From positions 124,001 through 188,000 of the forward strand of contig NZ_MWQY01000004.1 of the NCBI RefSeq assembly GCF_002087085.1: a stretch of 64,000 nt of DNA, read 5' to 3'. Position numbers and translations under genes: made by a program. Under the pieces are notes generated by a model. The model ran no database searches, had not been told where the DNA came from, and saw only the letters and a list, made by a program, of their open reading frames with translations. This document shows, piece by piece, positions 47,329 through 57,976 of this stretch. Position 1 is the stretch's first letter, and each line of letters begins with the position of its first letter.

Positions 47329-48327
47329 TTAGTCGGGAATGGACTGAATATTATTGTACAGGTCTACCCACTCGGGATTCCTTTCCAGAACAAGGGGAAC
47401 CCTGTCCATAAAAGGTCTGGTATCGATATCATCGATGATGGTCATGCCATAGGATTCCACCTGATCCATCAGGGCATTCTCATTATTCTGTACAATCTCA
47501 TCTATCCGGTTTGCTTCAAAGGTGAATACCTCTTCTATGATTTTCTGCTCTTCCGGAGATAGAGAGTTCCAGGTCGATTCAGCCATAATGGTTCCCGCTA
47601 CTGCAAGCATATGCCTGGTCAGCATGAGATACTTCTGGACTTCATAGAATTTCATGGTAACAATTTGCGTGAGCGGATTTTCCTGGGCGTCGACCACTCC
47701 CGTCTGCAACCCCATATACACATCACCGATGGGCAGAGAGGTTCCGACAGCATTAAAAATAGTGGCGATCTCGTTATAGGGAGGAAAGTTTACAACCCGC
47801 AATTTAAGCCTGTTGAAGTCATCAAGCTTAACCAGAGGCTTGTTTCCGGTTACATTCCTGAATCCAAAGTTATAATGATCAAGCTGTTTAACCCCAACAG
47901 CCTCTCCAATCTCTTTCTTCAGGTTTTTATAAAGCTGACTTTCTTTGAAGTTATTCCAGTGAGCGTAACTCCTGAACACGTATGGTCCAAGAAGAACACC
48001 GGATTTCGGCAGATATTCCGAAGCACTGTCCAACGGTGCCATATCCAGCTGTCCCATGATAACAGCCTGAACAGCATCGTTATAATTTGCATATGTACCG
48101 TTCGGGTATATATTAAGCTCCAGTCGTCCTCCCGATTTCTCCTTCAGCAGATCATTAGCTTCCAGCAGTGCAACATGCACAGGATGATCTGTAGCGAAAA
48201 CATGTGCATACGACAGAACACGTTTTTCGGTACCACCACTTTCACCTTCACCCCCGGCATAGAGTGTCCCTGCAATAAGAAAACATACCAATACTAAACC
48301 CAGAATCCTCGTGTTTGGATTTCTCAT
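47329..48327 (-). CDS. dctP: TRAP transporter substrate-binding protein
   Basis: GFRN, LKLRV (carboxylate-binding Arg), LQTGVVDAQENP. Confidence 0.94.
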   Translation of the reverse strand: MRNPNTRILGLVLVCFLIAGTLYAGGEGESGGTEKRVLSYAHVFATDHPVHVALLEANDLLKEKSGGRLELNIYPNGTYANYNDAVQAVIMGQLDMAPLDSASEYLPKSGVLLGPYVFRSYAHWNNFKESQLYKNLKKEIGEAVGVKQLDHYNFGFRNVTGNKPLVKLDDFNRLKLRVVNFPPYNEIATIFNAVGTSLPIGDVYMGLQTGVVDAQENPLTQIVTMKFYEVQKYLMLTRHMLAVAGTIMAESTWNSLSPEEQKIIEEVFTFEANRIDEIVQNNENALMDQVESYGMTIIDDIDTRPFMDRVPLVLERNPEWVDLYNNIQSIPD

Positions 48328-48368
48328 AAAACCTCCTGAATAGTCTATGGATATCAGCTGATGAGAAA

Positions 48369-48397
48369 ATCATAAAACATACAACCTAATTTGTCAA
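48369..48397 (-). promoter_or_regulatory. Promoter of the TRAP operon
   Basis: Minus strand TTGACA-N17-TATGAT; the spacer contains GTTGTATG, a possible GntR half-site. Confidence 0.6.
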
Positions 48398-48874
48398 CAA
48401 ATAAAAAATATCCTTATATTCTTGATATATAATAAGATATAAATCTTATGTATTTATTTAACATATATATACAATGTAAATAAGTATTTTTCTCTCTTAA
48501 TTGTCGACATTTATCTGAATATTTTCCGATAAACAAATCTTTGAGGACTTTTTGCCCGATGAGACCAGCCTGTGCATCTCGAATAACATAGCCGTTCAAT
48601 CGTGACAACAGGTTTATTCGGCTGAGATATAACCATCCTAAAATATGAAAACTGTCCTTATGAAATCAACGTGACGCTGCGCGTTCTACAAGCTACAGAG
48701 AACAGGCCTGCGATTCAGTAAGTGATTTGAAAAATCACATATCCTTTCCTGAGTACTCACCGGCCAACTACCCTACCGGAAAGAAAATTCTGTGAGATGA
48801 AGGTTCATGGAAATCATGGTTGATGTTCAACACGGTAATTCGCTTCCGGGCTGTTTTATCTTCGGACAAACCCT

Positions 48875-49477
48875 TTACCCGTTCCCATCCCCTGAAAAAA
48901 GATACAAAAGTTCTCCGTATCCTTCCTGCTCCAGCCTGTTTACAGGGATAAACTCAAGGGATGCTGAATTGATGCAGTAACGGAGCCCCGCGGGCTGCGG
49001 CCCGTCGGTAAAAACGTGCCCCAGATGTGAATCAGCATAAAAACTGCGGACCTCTACCCTTCTCATTCCGTAGGAGGTGTCGATATGTTCGACAATATTC
49101 CCCCCGGCGATGGGCTTCGTAAAACTGGGCCAACCGGTACCCGAATCATACTTGTCCGTCGAACTGAAAAGAGGCTCCCCGGATACTACATCCACGTAGA
49201 TGCCTTCCTCGTGATTGTCCCAGTACTCGTTCCTGTACGGCGGCTCCGTACCGTTGCGCCGGGCAACATCAAACTGCATCCCGGTAAGCTCCTTCATTAA
49301 TTCCTCATCCCCGGGCCTGACGTAGGCATCCCCGGCTGTTCCCGAAGGAGGCAGAACATCACCTGCAGCAGGGGCCATCATGGGCTGCTCCCCGGTCTCC
49401 TGTTTTCCCGCCGCCAGGGCAGGAAAAAACGCGGCAGCGGCAATAATGCCGGCAAGAATATATATTCGCATGTTCAT
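48875..49477 (-). CDS. msrB: Exported peptide-methionine (R)-S-oxide reductase
   Basis: [29 protein letters not shown]-terminal signal peptide. Confidence 0.95.
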   Translation of the reverse strand: MNMRIYILAGIIAAAAFFPALAAGKQETGEQPMMAPAAGDVLPPSGTAGDAYVRPGDEELMKELTGMQFDVARRNGTEPPYRNEYWDNHEEGIYVDVVSGEPLFSSTDKYDSGTGWPSFTKPIAGGNIVEHIDTSYGMRRVEVRSFYADSHLGHVFTDGPQPAGLRYCINSASLEFIPVNRLEQEGYGELLYLFSGDGNG

Positions 49478-49489
49478 GTCATACTCCTT

Positions 49490-51202
49490 TTACCCGAAGG
49501 TAAACGCATAAAATCTGAAATCACCATCAGCCTCAAGCCGCAGCAGCCGCTCTTCGGCTTCGTCAAACCCGGCCAGCCGGTAAAGACCGCTTTCAGCGGG
49601 TTCAATAACAGTCTTTTCATCGGCATCCACACTGACGCGCACACGTCCCCCCCGGGTAAGGGGTTCGATTACCACATAGATCTCCTTTGAGTAGAACCCG
49701 AGCTCAATCGCACCCTGCCCGCTGATCTGTATCGAGTCGGCCCGGATAAGCCATTCCCCCTCCAGGGCCCATTCGCCGTTTTCCGGAACCCGGTCAATTG
49801 AGTAGCCCATGGGCTCATTCCTTTTGAGCAGAGCTTCGGAGAGAAAGCCCTCTGCACGGCGGTACCCCAGATAGGTTTCTGCTGTTCTGCTGTGAAGGCC
49901 TTCCCAGGCCGATGCTTCTGCAGTTTTTTCAGGTGTTTTTCCGGCTTCTGCAAGGAGACTCCGGATAACCTTTTCAGAGTTTTCATACTCGCCTTCGCCA
50001 AAATGAAAATATCTGATGACTCCTTCCGCATCGATAAAGAAATGGGCCGGCCAATAGCGGTTATTATAGGCCCTCCACTGTCTGAAATCATTATCGAGAA
50101 CAACCGGCCAGCGTATACTCAGGTCCTTCATTGCCCGGGCCACATTCTCAGGATCACGTTCGAAGGCAAACTCGGGGGAATGAACACCTATAATCTCAAA
50201 TCCCTGATCCGCGTAGGCCTCATACCAGGCGCGCAGGTAGGGCATTGTCCGCACACAGTTTACGCAGCTGTAGGTCCAGAAATCCACGAGAACAACCTTT
50301 CCCCTGAGATCCTCCATCTTCAGGGGCCGGCTGTTGAACCATTCTCCCTGGGTAACGATTTCCGGCGCATTGCCAAAATTCTCGAGAATACCCTTCTCCG
50401 GCCGATTTTCCAGGCTCAAAGGTTTCGATGCACCCTCCGTTTCCGTATTCCCGTTTCTATTGCCGGAACGGCTGTCCAGCTCCCGCCGAATGAAAGCGGC
50501 GTCCTCGAAAAAGGTAAGACCGCTGCCGTAATCCGGAAAAACATCCAGGACCATGGTCTGAAACCGCCGGTCCGCACCCATGGCGATGGATATCCCGGCG
50601 ACGATCATTACGATGCCGAAAATCCTCTGAATCCTGCCGGTGTTCGCCACCAGCTTCGGAACGCGGTTCAGAAGCCTGCGTCCTCCGAGCATGACGCCGA
50701 ACATCGGGACCGCAGTTCCGGCGGAATAGGCAAGCACGATTACGACTGAACCGCCGTCCACCTGCTGACTCACCGCAAGACTGATTACCGAAGCCATTAT
50801 CGGTCCGACGCAGGGCGTCCACAGCAGCCCGAGACTTCCCCCCACCATCAGCCCCCCGCCGAATCCGCTGTGCTGCCTGCCCTGCTTCCTGCTGCCTGCT
50901 CTCGATACCAGACGTTCAAAACGCTGCTGCAGCTGCGGAACGACAAGGACGGCGCCGAAGCTCAGTATCACGATTACCGCGACGATTCTCAGGGCATCCG
51001 GCGGAACCTTCAGTGCCTGAACCAGGCTTGACAGCAGAAGCGTAAACAGGCTGAAGCTGATTACGAACCCGGCGACAACGCCCAGGGGCCTGCTTTTTCC
51101 GCCGATACTGCCTGACAGGACAATCGGGAGAACCGGAAGTATGCACGGCGATAATATCGTGACAATGCCCGACAGAAAGGCGAAAAAAGCGAGTACCATC
51201 AT
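49490..51202 (-). CDS. dipZ: CcdA + thioredoxin fusion (DipZ-type)
   Basis: SPCILP and TPCVGP in the TM domain; DFWTYSCVNC thioredoxin domain; C-terminal YAFTFG. Confidence 0.92.
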   Translation of the reverse strand: MMVLAFFAFLSGIVTILSPCILPVLPIVLSGSIGGKSRPLGVVAGFVISFSLFTLLLSSLVQALKVPPDALRIVAVIVILSFGAVLVVPQLQQRFERLVSRAGSRKQGRQHSGFGGGLMVGGSLGLLWTPCVGPIMASVISLAVSQQVDGGSVVIVLAYSAGTAVPMFGVMLGGRRLLNRVPKLVANTGRIQRIFGIVMIVAGISIAMGADRRFQTMVLDVFPDYGSGLTFFEDAAFIRRELDSRSGNRNGNTETEGASKPLSLENRPEKGILENFGNAPEIVTQGEWFNSRPLKMEDLRGKVVLVDFWTYSCVNCVRTMPYLRAWYEAYADQGFEIIGVHSPEFAFERDPENVARAMKDLSIRWPVVLDNDFRQWRAYNNRYWPAHFFIDAEGVIRYFHFGEGEYENSEKVIRSLLAEAGKTPEKTAEASAWEGLHSRTAETYLGYRRAEGFLSEALLKRNEPMGYSIDRVPENGEWALEGEWLIRADSIQISGQGAIELGFYSKEIYVVIEPLTRGGRVRVSVDADEKTVIEPAESGLYRLAGFDEAEERLLRLEADGDFRFYAFTFG

Positions 51203-51204
51203 CT

Positions 51205-51645
51205 TTACATTACCTTAACCTTGTTCAGAAACTCGCCTGTCCCGCCGCCGTTCCACTTGGTAACAGCCTTTCCCTCAGAATCAATCTGTACAAAGGTATG
51301 CTGATAGGTGACCCCGTACTTCTCCTGGAGATCATCCGAGCTGTCATAGTCCACATAAACCAGGTAGTAATCCCTGATCTCGACCTCATTCGCCTCGAAG
51401 TCCCTCACCGCCCCCTTGCAGCTGGGACACCAGCTCGCGTTGAAAAAAAGCACCGTCGGCTTTTCGGCGGCAAGCTCCCGGGCATGATCCAGGGATCTGA
51501 AATCAACAATCGCATTGACCTCCGGCATTTCCATGGCTTCCATCATACCTCCTTCCATCACATCGACGGATTCGGACTGTCCTCCGCTGAATGCCGGAAA
51601 GGATACGATCAAGAGTACAAACGCAATTACTGTAAACACTCTCAT
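51205..51645 (-). CDS. Exported thioredoxin-family protein
   Basis: FNASWCPSC, YGVTYQHTFV; signal peptide; Met-rich linker. Confidence 0.9.
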   Translation of the reverse strand: MRVFTVIAFVLLIVSFPAFSGGQSESVDVMEGGMMEAMEMPEVNAIVDFRSLDHARELAAEKPTVLFFNASWCPSCKGAVRDFEANEVEIRDYYLVYVDYDSSDDLQEKYGVTYQHTFVQIDSEGKAVTKWNGGGTGEFLNKVKVM

Positions 51646-51680
51646 CTGTTTACCTCCTGCTTTCGAAGGTACGACCTGAA

Positions 51681-51697
51681 TGTCACAGAAGTGTCAC
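51681..51697 (-). promoter_or_regulatory. OmpR-family direct-repeat box upstream of trx-dipZ-msrB
   Basis: TGTCAC-N5-TGTCAC (11-bp period). Confidence 0.55.
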
Positions 51698-51736
51698 GGA
51701 AAAAGAAACTGTTTATAAAATGAAGTGCCCTGAGGC

Positions 51737-53191
51737 TTAAAGAGGAAGGGATATGATAAAAACGGCCCCGCCGCTTCCGGGACTTTCCGCAGTAATGCTG
51801 CCGCCGTGCAGCTCTGCAACCTCCCGGGCTATGGCCAGTCCGAGGCCGGTTCCTTCAGAATCGCGACTCCGGCTTTTATCAGACCTGTAGAAGCGTTCGA
51901 ATATCCGCGGAAGGTCCTCTTTGCTTATGCCGGGTCCGGTATCGGCGACGGATATCACCAGTCCGTTGGCTGAAGTTTCAAGATTGATGCTTACGGAACC
52001 TCCCCCGGGGGTATAGTTTACAGCATTCTCGATTATGTTCGTGAGCATTCTTTCAATAAGACCGATGTCTGCGGTCAGAGAGGGAATATCCGCTGCGGGA
52101 TTATAACTTACATCGAGCTGCTTCGCATTAAAGCGCGGCTGCAGTTTCAGAACCACATCCTGAATGAGTTCCGCCACGGAGAAAGTTATTTTCTGAAGGC
52201 TCACCTGCCGGGCTTCGAGCTTGGCAAGCTCAAACAAGCCCTCCACAAGCTTCTGGAAACCCGCAACGTTCCTCAGCCCGACCTCGATAAGATCCCGCCG
52301 CTCATCCCCGGACAGGGACGACTCTTTCAAAAGCAGGGTTTCCAGAGAACCCCGTATCGAGGTCAGAGGGCTGCGCAAATCATGGGAAATATTGGCTATC
52401 AGCTCACCGCGAAGCCTTTCCGCCTCCCGGAGCTGCCGTATACCTTCTACGATTGATTCCGCCATATCGTTGAACGCATAACCCAGGGCGGAAATCTCGT
52501 CGTCACCCCGCATGCTGACGCGATGCTGCAGCCTGCCATGCCGGAACGCAGTAACCGCTTCGCTGAGCCGCCTGAGCCGGCGCGTCAGGATAAAGAACAG
52601 GCTGAGCCCGACAACAGCGGTCGCTGCAAGCGCAACGATGAAGGTTATAAGACCCGAGCGCATATAATAACTGTTCCGCAGCATCTCCAGGGAGCTGTCG
52701 TAACTGCTTCCCCGCAGTATAACGTAGACCCAGCCTTCTTTGCCGTTGATGATAAGGGGTGCGGCGGAAAAGGGTTTTTTTACCTTATCGTTGCGCGGGT
52801 CATCTCCCAGGATACGCTTAAAGCCTTCGCTTTCGACAAAGCTCCGAACAGGTTCAAGATCTACATTCAGATATGTAATCTCCTCTTCAATTTCGGAAAA
52901 ATAGCAGAGTATATTACCCTCATGATTGAGCAGATAGATCTCGACGGAGGGATTCATTACCATCATGTAGTGAATCGCCTCTTTGATATCTTCTTCGGTA
53001 AAATCCTCTGCAGTAAAGGGTTCCAGCTCAAGGGCTATATTCGCCGCATATCCGCGGTTCAGCTTCTGTTCCACCTCACCGAAGAGGAGTCGGGACGCCT
53101 CAAAGGCTATATACAGGCTGGTCGCCCCCAGGAGAAGAATCATCGCAAGAAAGAGAAGCGAGATTCTGGCATAGAAGGATTTCAGGAGCAT
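51737..53191 (-). CDS. Sensor histidine kinase (HAMP, HisKA)
   Basis: 2 TM segments, [24 protein letters not shown]. Confidence 0.94.
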   Translation of the reverse strand: MLLKSFYARISLLFLAMILLLGATSLYIAFEASRLLFGEVEQKLNRGYAANIALELEPFTAEDFTEEDIKEAIHYMMVMNPSVEIYLLNHEGNILCYFSEIEEEITYLNVDLEPVRSFVESEGFKRILGDDPRNDKVKKPFSAAPLIINGKEGWVYVILRGSSYDSSLEMLRNSYYMRSGLITFIVALAATAVVGLSLFFILTRRLRRLSEAVTAFRHGRLQHRVSMRGDDEISALGYAFNDMAESIVEGIRQLREAERLRGELIANISHDLRSPLTSIRGSLETLLLKESSLSGDERRDLIEVGLRNVAGFQKLVEGLFELAKLEARQVSLQKITFSVAELIQDVVLKLQPRFNAKQLDVSYNPAADIPSLTADIGLIERMLTNIIENAVNYTPGGGSVSINLETSANGLVISVADTGPGISKEDLPRIFERFYRSDKSRSRDSEGTGLGLAIAREVAELHGGSITAESPGSGGAVFIISLPL

Positions 53192-53931
53192 TATTCCACC
53201 TCTGATGCTTCAGCAAAGCGGTATCCCACGCCCCAGACAGTCAACAGGTACTCAGGATGAGAAGGATCGCTTTCGATCTTGTTTCTGAGTCTGTTTATAT
53301 GGGTGTTGACCGTATGCTCATATCCCTCGAAATTATATTCCCAGACCAGATTGAGCAGATCGGTTCTGCTGTAGGCTCTGCCCGGATTTCTCGCAAAGAG
53401 ACTGAGGAGTTCGAATTCCTTGACAGTGAGCTCCAGAGGATTCTGTCGCATTCTGCACCTGCGTTTGACAAAATCAATTTCCAGCTCTCCGATTTTCAGG
53501 ATCCCGGGACTGCCTGCCGAAACTGACTCTTCCGCCGAAAGTCCACCCCGTTTCACCCTCCGGAGGAGCGCCTTTACCCTCGCTGTCAGCTCGGGAATAC
53601 TGAAGGGCTTTGTCACATAGTCATCAGCTCCGAGCTCAAGACCGAGAACCCGGTCGATCTCCTCCGCCCGGGCCGTCAGCATCATTATCGGAGTATGTGC
53701 GTCTGTTTCTCTGATCCTGCGGCAGACGGATATACCGTCAAGTCCCGGGAGCATTATATCGAGAATAACCAGATCCCATCCGCCGGCACGGACCTCTTCA
53801 AGGCCCGTATTGCCGTCGTGGATCTGAGTCGCCTCCAATCCGGCATCCTTCAGGTTCAGGGCAACGATACCCGCTATTTCTCTGTCATCCTCGATTATCA
53901 GAATCCTTCCGGAGGATCCTCCGCTGTTCAT
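53191..53931 (-). CDS. OmpR-family response regulator
   Basis: IEDD, LDIMLP, GADDYVTKPF, TVWGVGY; start at ATG 53931 with GGAG RBS. Confidence 0.94.
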   Translation of the reverse strand: MNSGGSSGRILIIEDDREIAGIVALNLKDAGLEATQIHDGNTGLEEVRAGGWDLVILDIMLPGLDGISVCRRIRETDAHTPIMMLTARAEEIDRVLGLELGADDYVTKPFSIPELTARVKALLRRVKRGGLSAEESVSAGSPGILKIGELEIDFVKRRCRMRQNPLELTVKEFELLSLFARNPGRAYSRTDLLNLVWEYNFEGYEHTVNTHINRLRNKIESDPSHPEYLLTVWGVGYRFAEASEVE

Positions 53932-54104
53932 GCGCTTTCTCCGGTCTAAAATATACGCCCACAAGGGGATAAGGGGAAATTTTCTTAAGGGGAGTCCGGT
54001 TTCTGCGGACTTGATGCAGCTCATCCGTCAAGAGAAAGAAATGCAAATTTTCTCTTTCAATCGGCCCGGGAAAGGCGTACAGTAAGATACTCCCTGGAGC
54101 CGGA

Positions 54105-55811
54105 ATGAAGCGAAGAGCCTATTTTACGCGTTTATTGTTATCGTTTTTTATTATCAGCATTATTCCTCTGGTTGCCGCGGGTATTGCGTTTTATGCGGCG
54201 AGCCTGAGGATCGTCAACAATGCCAACAGCCAGAGAGGTGTTGACGCCATCTCCATAGCAGCGGAGACAATCGAACAACGTCTCGACCTTTACCGCCACA
54301 TCGCGTATACCCTCTCCAAACGTCCCCAGGTGAGCTCGGCTTTTACAGCTGACAAGGAAAAAAAGGATTCAACATGGCTGAAGGGCCTGTATCGCGTACT
54401 CTATGGAGAGATTGCCGGTCATCTGTATGATGTTTCGGTACATCTTATTGCCGCGGACGGCAGCTCGGCATATTCCACTCATCAGCTGCCGGCGCACTAT
54501 GATCTCTCCAATTACGTCAATCAGGACGGCATCTTCTCCGAAGAACGACCCGACCCTGACCGGACGTATCTTTATTTTTACCCCTTTATATCCGAAAAGG
54601 GGGATCGGGTCGCCTGCTCTTTCTTCAGGGAACTGGAAAACGGCTACCTGATTCTGGATATTCTTGCAGCACCACTTTTCAGCGAAGCGGAACAGAGAGT
54701 ATTTGACAGCATGATTCTGGCAGAGACCGAACAACTGCAGGCTGTAGATTTTTATCGCGCCGAGAGGGACGGAACCTTCGACCATTTTGAGGAGCTGCGC
54801 TATCTTCTGGAAGAGGGGGCGGACCGATACAACGAAGGCAGGGCGATCATCCGGGATAATGTGCTGCTGATCGTAAAAAAGATTCCGGGGAGTTCGCTTA
54901 TCCTGCTGGGCAGTATGTCCTCCGACCGCTTTCGTTTTGCCTTGTCCGCTCTCTGGAAGTTCGGCTCGTGGATACTGATCGGCATCTCAGTCCTGGTGGT
55001 ACTGCTTGCCTATTATATCAGCAGGGATATAGGCGGCCCGGTCCATGATCTTGCCTCCGCCATGGAACATCTATCAGACGGCATACCTCCCAGGGTGTCA
55101 GAAACCGGACGGAATGATGAACTCGGGTATCTCGTCATCAGCTATAACCGGATGGTAGGGAGGCTTGAGGAGCTTCTGGAACGAACCCGCGAGGAGGCAC
55201 TGGCATTACGCATTGCCGAACGTAAAGCTCTGCAGGCCCAGGTCCACCCCCATTTTCTTTTCAACACTCTGGGTACGATTAAATCAATAGCGAAACTGCG
55301 GCAGGTTCCTGAAATTGTAGATATTACCACCGCTCTTGGGAAAATGCTCCGGGCAGCAGCAGGCGACGGTATTGATCTTGTACCCTTTTCCACCACCGTT
55401 GAACTTTTACAAAGCTATATTGCCATTCAGTACTATCGTTTTGGAGACAGACTTCAGGTCAGCTTTAATGTTGATGATTCAGTTCTATCCTTTCTCGTGC
55501 CGCGTTTAATCCTGCAGCCCCTGGTTGAAAATGCAGTTATTCACAGCCTGGAGGCTTCTCCCGGCCCGGTTCATATTACCATTACCGCACAACGCCGGGG
55601 AATCGGAATGGATGTACGCATTACGGACGATGGACCGGGAATTGCTCCCGAACGCCTGGATGAAATCATGAAAAACGGTATCAGGGTGGGAATATCCAAC
55701 GTCAAGCGCCGCATGGAGCTGTTATATCAGGGGGAAGGACATTTCTCCATTACAAGTACAGTGGGCACAGGAACAGAGGTTTACCTTTTCTTCCCCGGGG
55801 AACAGGCATGA
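54105..55811 (+). CDS. YesM/LytS-type sensor histidine kinase
   Basis: LQAQVHPHFLFNTL, QPLVENA, HAMP. Confidence 0.93.
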   Translation: MKRRAYFTRLLLSFFIISIIPLVAAGIAFYAASLRIVNNANSQRGVDAISIAAETIEQRLDLYRHIAYTLSKRPQVSSAFTADKEKKDSTWLKGLYRVLYGEIAGHLYDVSVHLIAADGSSAYSTHQLPAHYDLSNYVNQDGIFSEERPDPDRTYLYFYPFISEKGDRVACSFFRELENGYLILDILAAPLFSEAEQRVFDSMILAETEQLQAVDFYRAERDGTFDHFEELRYLLEEGADRYNEGRAIIRDNVLLIVKKIPGSSLILLGSMSSDRFRFALSALWKFGSWILIGISVLVVLLAYYISRDIGGPVHDLASAMEHLSDGIPPRVSETGRNDELGYLVISYNRMVGRLEELLERTREEALALRIAERKALQAQVHPHFLFNTLGTIKSIAKLRQVPEIVDITTALGKMLRAAAGDGIDLVPFSTTVELLQSYIAIQYYRFGDRLQVSFNVDDSVLSFLVPRLILQPLVENAVIHSLEASPGPVHITITAQRRGIGMDVRITDDGPGIAPERLDEIMKNGIRVGISNVKRRMELLYQGEGHFSITSTVGTGTEVYLFFPGEQA

Positions 55812-56575
55812 ATACGGTACTTCTTATCGAAGACGAAATTTATCTGTTAAAAGAACTGGCCGACACCTTTCCCTGGGACCGGCACGGATTCCAGCTTGTC
55901 GGTGCAGTCGCCTCGATTGAGGAGGCCCTTGAAGTATACGAAAAAAGACGTCCCGATCTTATCGTGACGGATATCAGGCTTCCAGGCGGAAGCGGTCTCG
56001 ATATCGTCAGGACGTGCAGTCCCCGTGCCGCCATTATTATTACCGGGCATGACCAGTTTGATTATGCCCGTTCGGCCCTCCGGCTGGGAGTCGATGATTT
56101 CCTGTTGAAGCCGATCGACGACAGCGAGCTGGAGGAAGCCCTGCGTCGGGTAAAGTTGAGGCTGGCGGGTAAAAAATCGGACAGCTCTGCCCGGTTGCAG
56201 CCGGATACGGAAGAAAGCCGGGACAGCCGTGAGCGCCATGTTATCGCCGCTGAAGATTTCATCAGAAGGAGATACCGGGAGGATATTTCACTGGCCGAAG
56301 CGGCACAGGAGCTGGAACTGAGCGAAAGTTATCTTTCACGAACAATAAAGGAATTTCGCAATCAGACTTTTGTGGAAATGATGACCTCTTACCGCCTGAA
56401 ACTCTCCCTCGCACTTCTCCGGGACCAACGTTTACGGGTGGGAGAAATCGCCCGCAGCTGCGGATTTCAGGACCAGAGCTATTTTGCCCGGACCTTCAGA
56501 CGCTACTACGGGGTTTCTCCCAGTCGCTACCGCTCAAGCCTGAAGATGAATCCCCTGCTCGACAAAGAACCCTGA
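55808..56575 (+). CDS. YesN-type response regulator (REC + AraC)
   Basis: IEDE, TDIRLP, LLKP; AraC GFQDQSYFARTFRR. Confidence 0.93.
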   Translation: MNTVLLIEDEIYLLKELADTFPWDRHGFQLVGAVASIEEALEVYEKRRPDLIVTDIRLPGGSGLDIVRTCSPRAAIIITGHDQFDYARSALRLGVDDFLLKPIDDSELEEALRRVKLRLAGKKSDSSARLQPDTEESRDSRERHVIAAEDFIRRRYREDISLAEAAQELELSESYLSRTIKEFRNQTFVEMMTSYRLKLSLALLRDQRLRVGEIARSCGFQDQSYFARTFRRYYGVSPSRYRSSLKMNPLLDKEP

Positions 56576-57133
56576 GAGATTCTCGTGGTCCGTATAGCAG
56601 TGAGCGGCAATGCCCACCTCCCGTGCAGCATGTACATTTTCTGCACGATCATCGATAAAGAGCTCTTTTCCTGAGTAGGTGTTCAGCTCCTTTTCCCGGC
56701 TGATGATATACCGGAAAAACTCCGGATCAGGTTTCGCCAGATGAATACAATGGCTCGCATAAACGGCATGGAAATGATCATAATCTCCCCGTTCCATATG
56801 GATTTTATAATGCGAATCGATGGTGTTGGTTCCGCATACCACACGGTGCCCGGCCTGCCGCAACTGACGGAGAAACGAGATCATCTGGGGGTCTTCTTCA
56901 GGATGAAACAGACTGGCAAGATAATCCTCATGTCCGTTCACCCCGAGCTCCCGACTGAAACGCTCCCAGAACTCTTCTGTGGTGATATGTCCGGTGGTGA
57001 GACCGAGAAAATCATCCTGCAGAACGTCCTTAAGATACTCCAGCGAGATCCCTGTTTTCCCGGCGAAGGCCGGAAGAATATCCACCGAACGATATACGAC
57101 GTTCCCCATATCAAAGATAATCAGCATCGACAC
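56534..57133 (-). CDS. HAD phosphatase (YihX-like)
   Basis: FDMGNV, GTNT, KPDP, FIDD..EN; start GTG 57133 or ATG 57127. Confidence 0.88.
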   Translation of the reverse strand: MSMLIIFDMGNVVYRSVDILPAFAGKTGISLEYLKDVLQDDFLGLTTGHITTEEFWERFSRELGVNGHEDYLASLFHPEEDPQMISFLRQLRQAGHRVVCGTNTIDSHYKIHMERGDYDHFHAVYASHCIHLAKPDPEFFRYIISREKELNTYSGKELFIDDRAENVHAAREVGIAAHCYTDHENLSGFFVEQGIHLQA

Positions 57134-57976
57134 TTACCCCTTTCTGCTCGAATAGACTGCAGCACCGCTTACAAAGTACTTGCTCAATGCGAAAAAGAGA
57201 ACGAACATCGGGATGCTTGCAAGCAGGTTTACCGCCATCATCGCACCCTCATCGGTGTGCATTTCGGCGGTAAACTTTACGATATACAAGGGAATCGTTT
57301 TCATTTGCTCTGTCTGAGCGACCAGCAAAGGCCAGAGAAGATTATCCCACTGTGATCGGAAGGCGAGTATGGCCAGGGTTGCAATTGCAGGTCCTGTATT
57401 GGGAAGAATGATGGAACGGTATATGGCAAACTCGCTCATGCCGTCGACGCGGGCAGCATCGATAAACTCGTCAGGAAAGGTAATCAGGTACTGCCGCATC
57501 ATGAAAACGCCGAAGGCATTGACCAAAAAGGGTAAAATAAGTCCCTGATAACTGTTCTGCAGGCCCAGTTTTGTTACCACCATATACAGGGGAATCATTA
57601 TAGCTTCAAAGGGAATCATCATGGTCGCCATAATCATCAGAAACAGAAGGTCCCGTCCGCGATAGGAGAATTTTGAGAGACTGTATCCTGTCAGGCTGCT
57701 GATAAGAACCGTTGTGAAACTGACGACGGAAGCAACAATCAGGCTGTTGAGCAGATTGCGAATAAAGATATATGTGCCGTCATTGCCTGCTACTGCCTTG
57801 ACAAAATTCTCGGAATGAATCCCCCTGGGAATCCATCGGTAGGGCATCTTGACGATATCGGATGCCGGCATGAAACTTGCACTTATCATGAAGATCATCG
57901 GTGCCATAATAAAGACCAGAGCACCGAGAAGAAAAATCCAGATTATGATCCTTTGAATCGGGATGCTCTGCTTCAT
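57134..57976 (-). CDS. Carbohydrate ABC transporter permease (MalG-like)
   Basis: EAA motif DAARVDG; WDNLLWP. Confidence 0.93.
   Translation of the reverse strand: MKQSIPIQRIIIWIFLLGALVFIMAPMIFMISASFMPASDIVKMPYRWIPRGIHSENFVKAVAGNDGTYIFIRNLLNSLIVASVVSFTTVLISSLTGYSLSKFSYRGRDLLFLMIMATMMIPFEAIMIPLYMVVTKLGLQNSYQGLILPFLVNAFGVFMMRQYLITFPDEFIDAARVDGMSEFAIYRSIILPNTGPAIATLAILAFRSQWDNLLWPLLVAQTEQMKTIPLYIVKFTAEMHTDEGAMMAVNLLASIPMFVLFFALSKYFVSGAAVYSSRKG

Noticed and set aside
48540..48870. Possible gene remnant between the TRAP cluster and msrB
   Set aside because: The frames I examined have multiple stops and no recognisable protein motif or terminal repeats.
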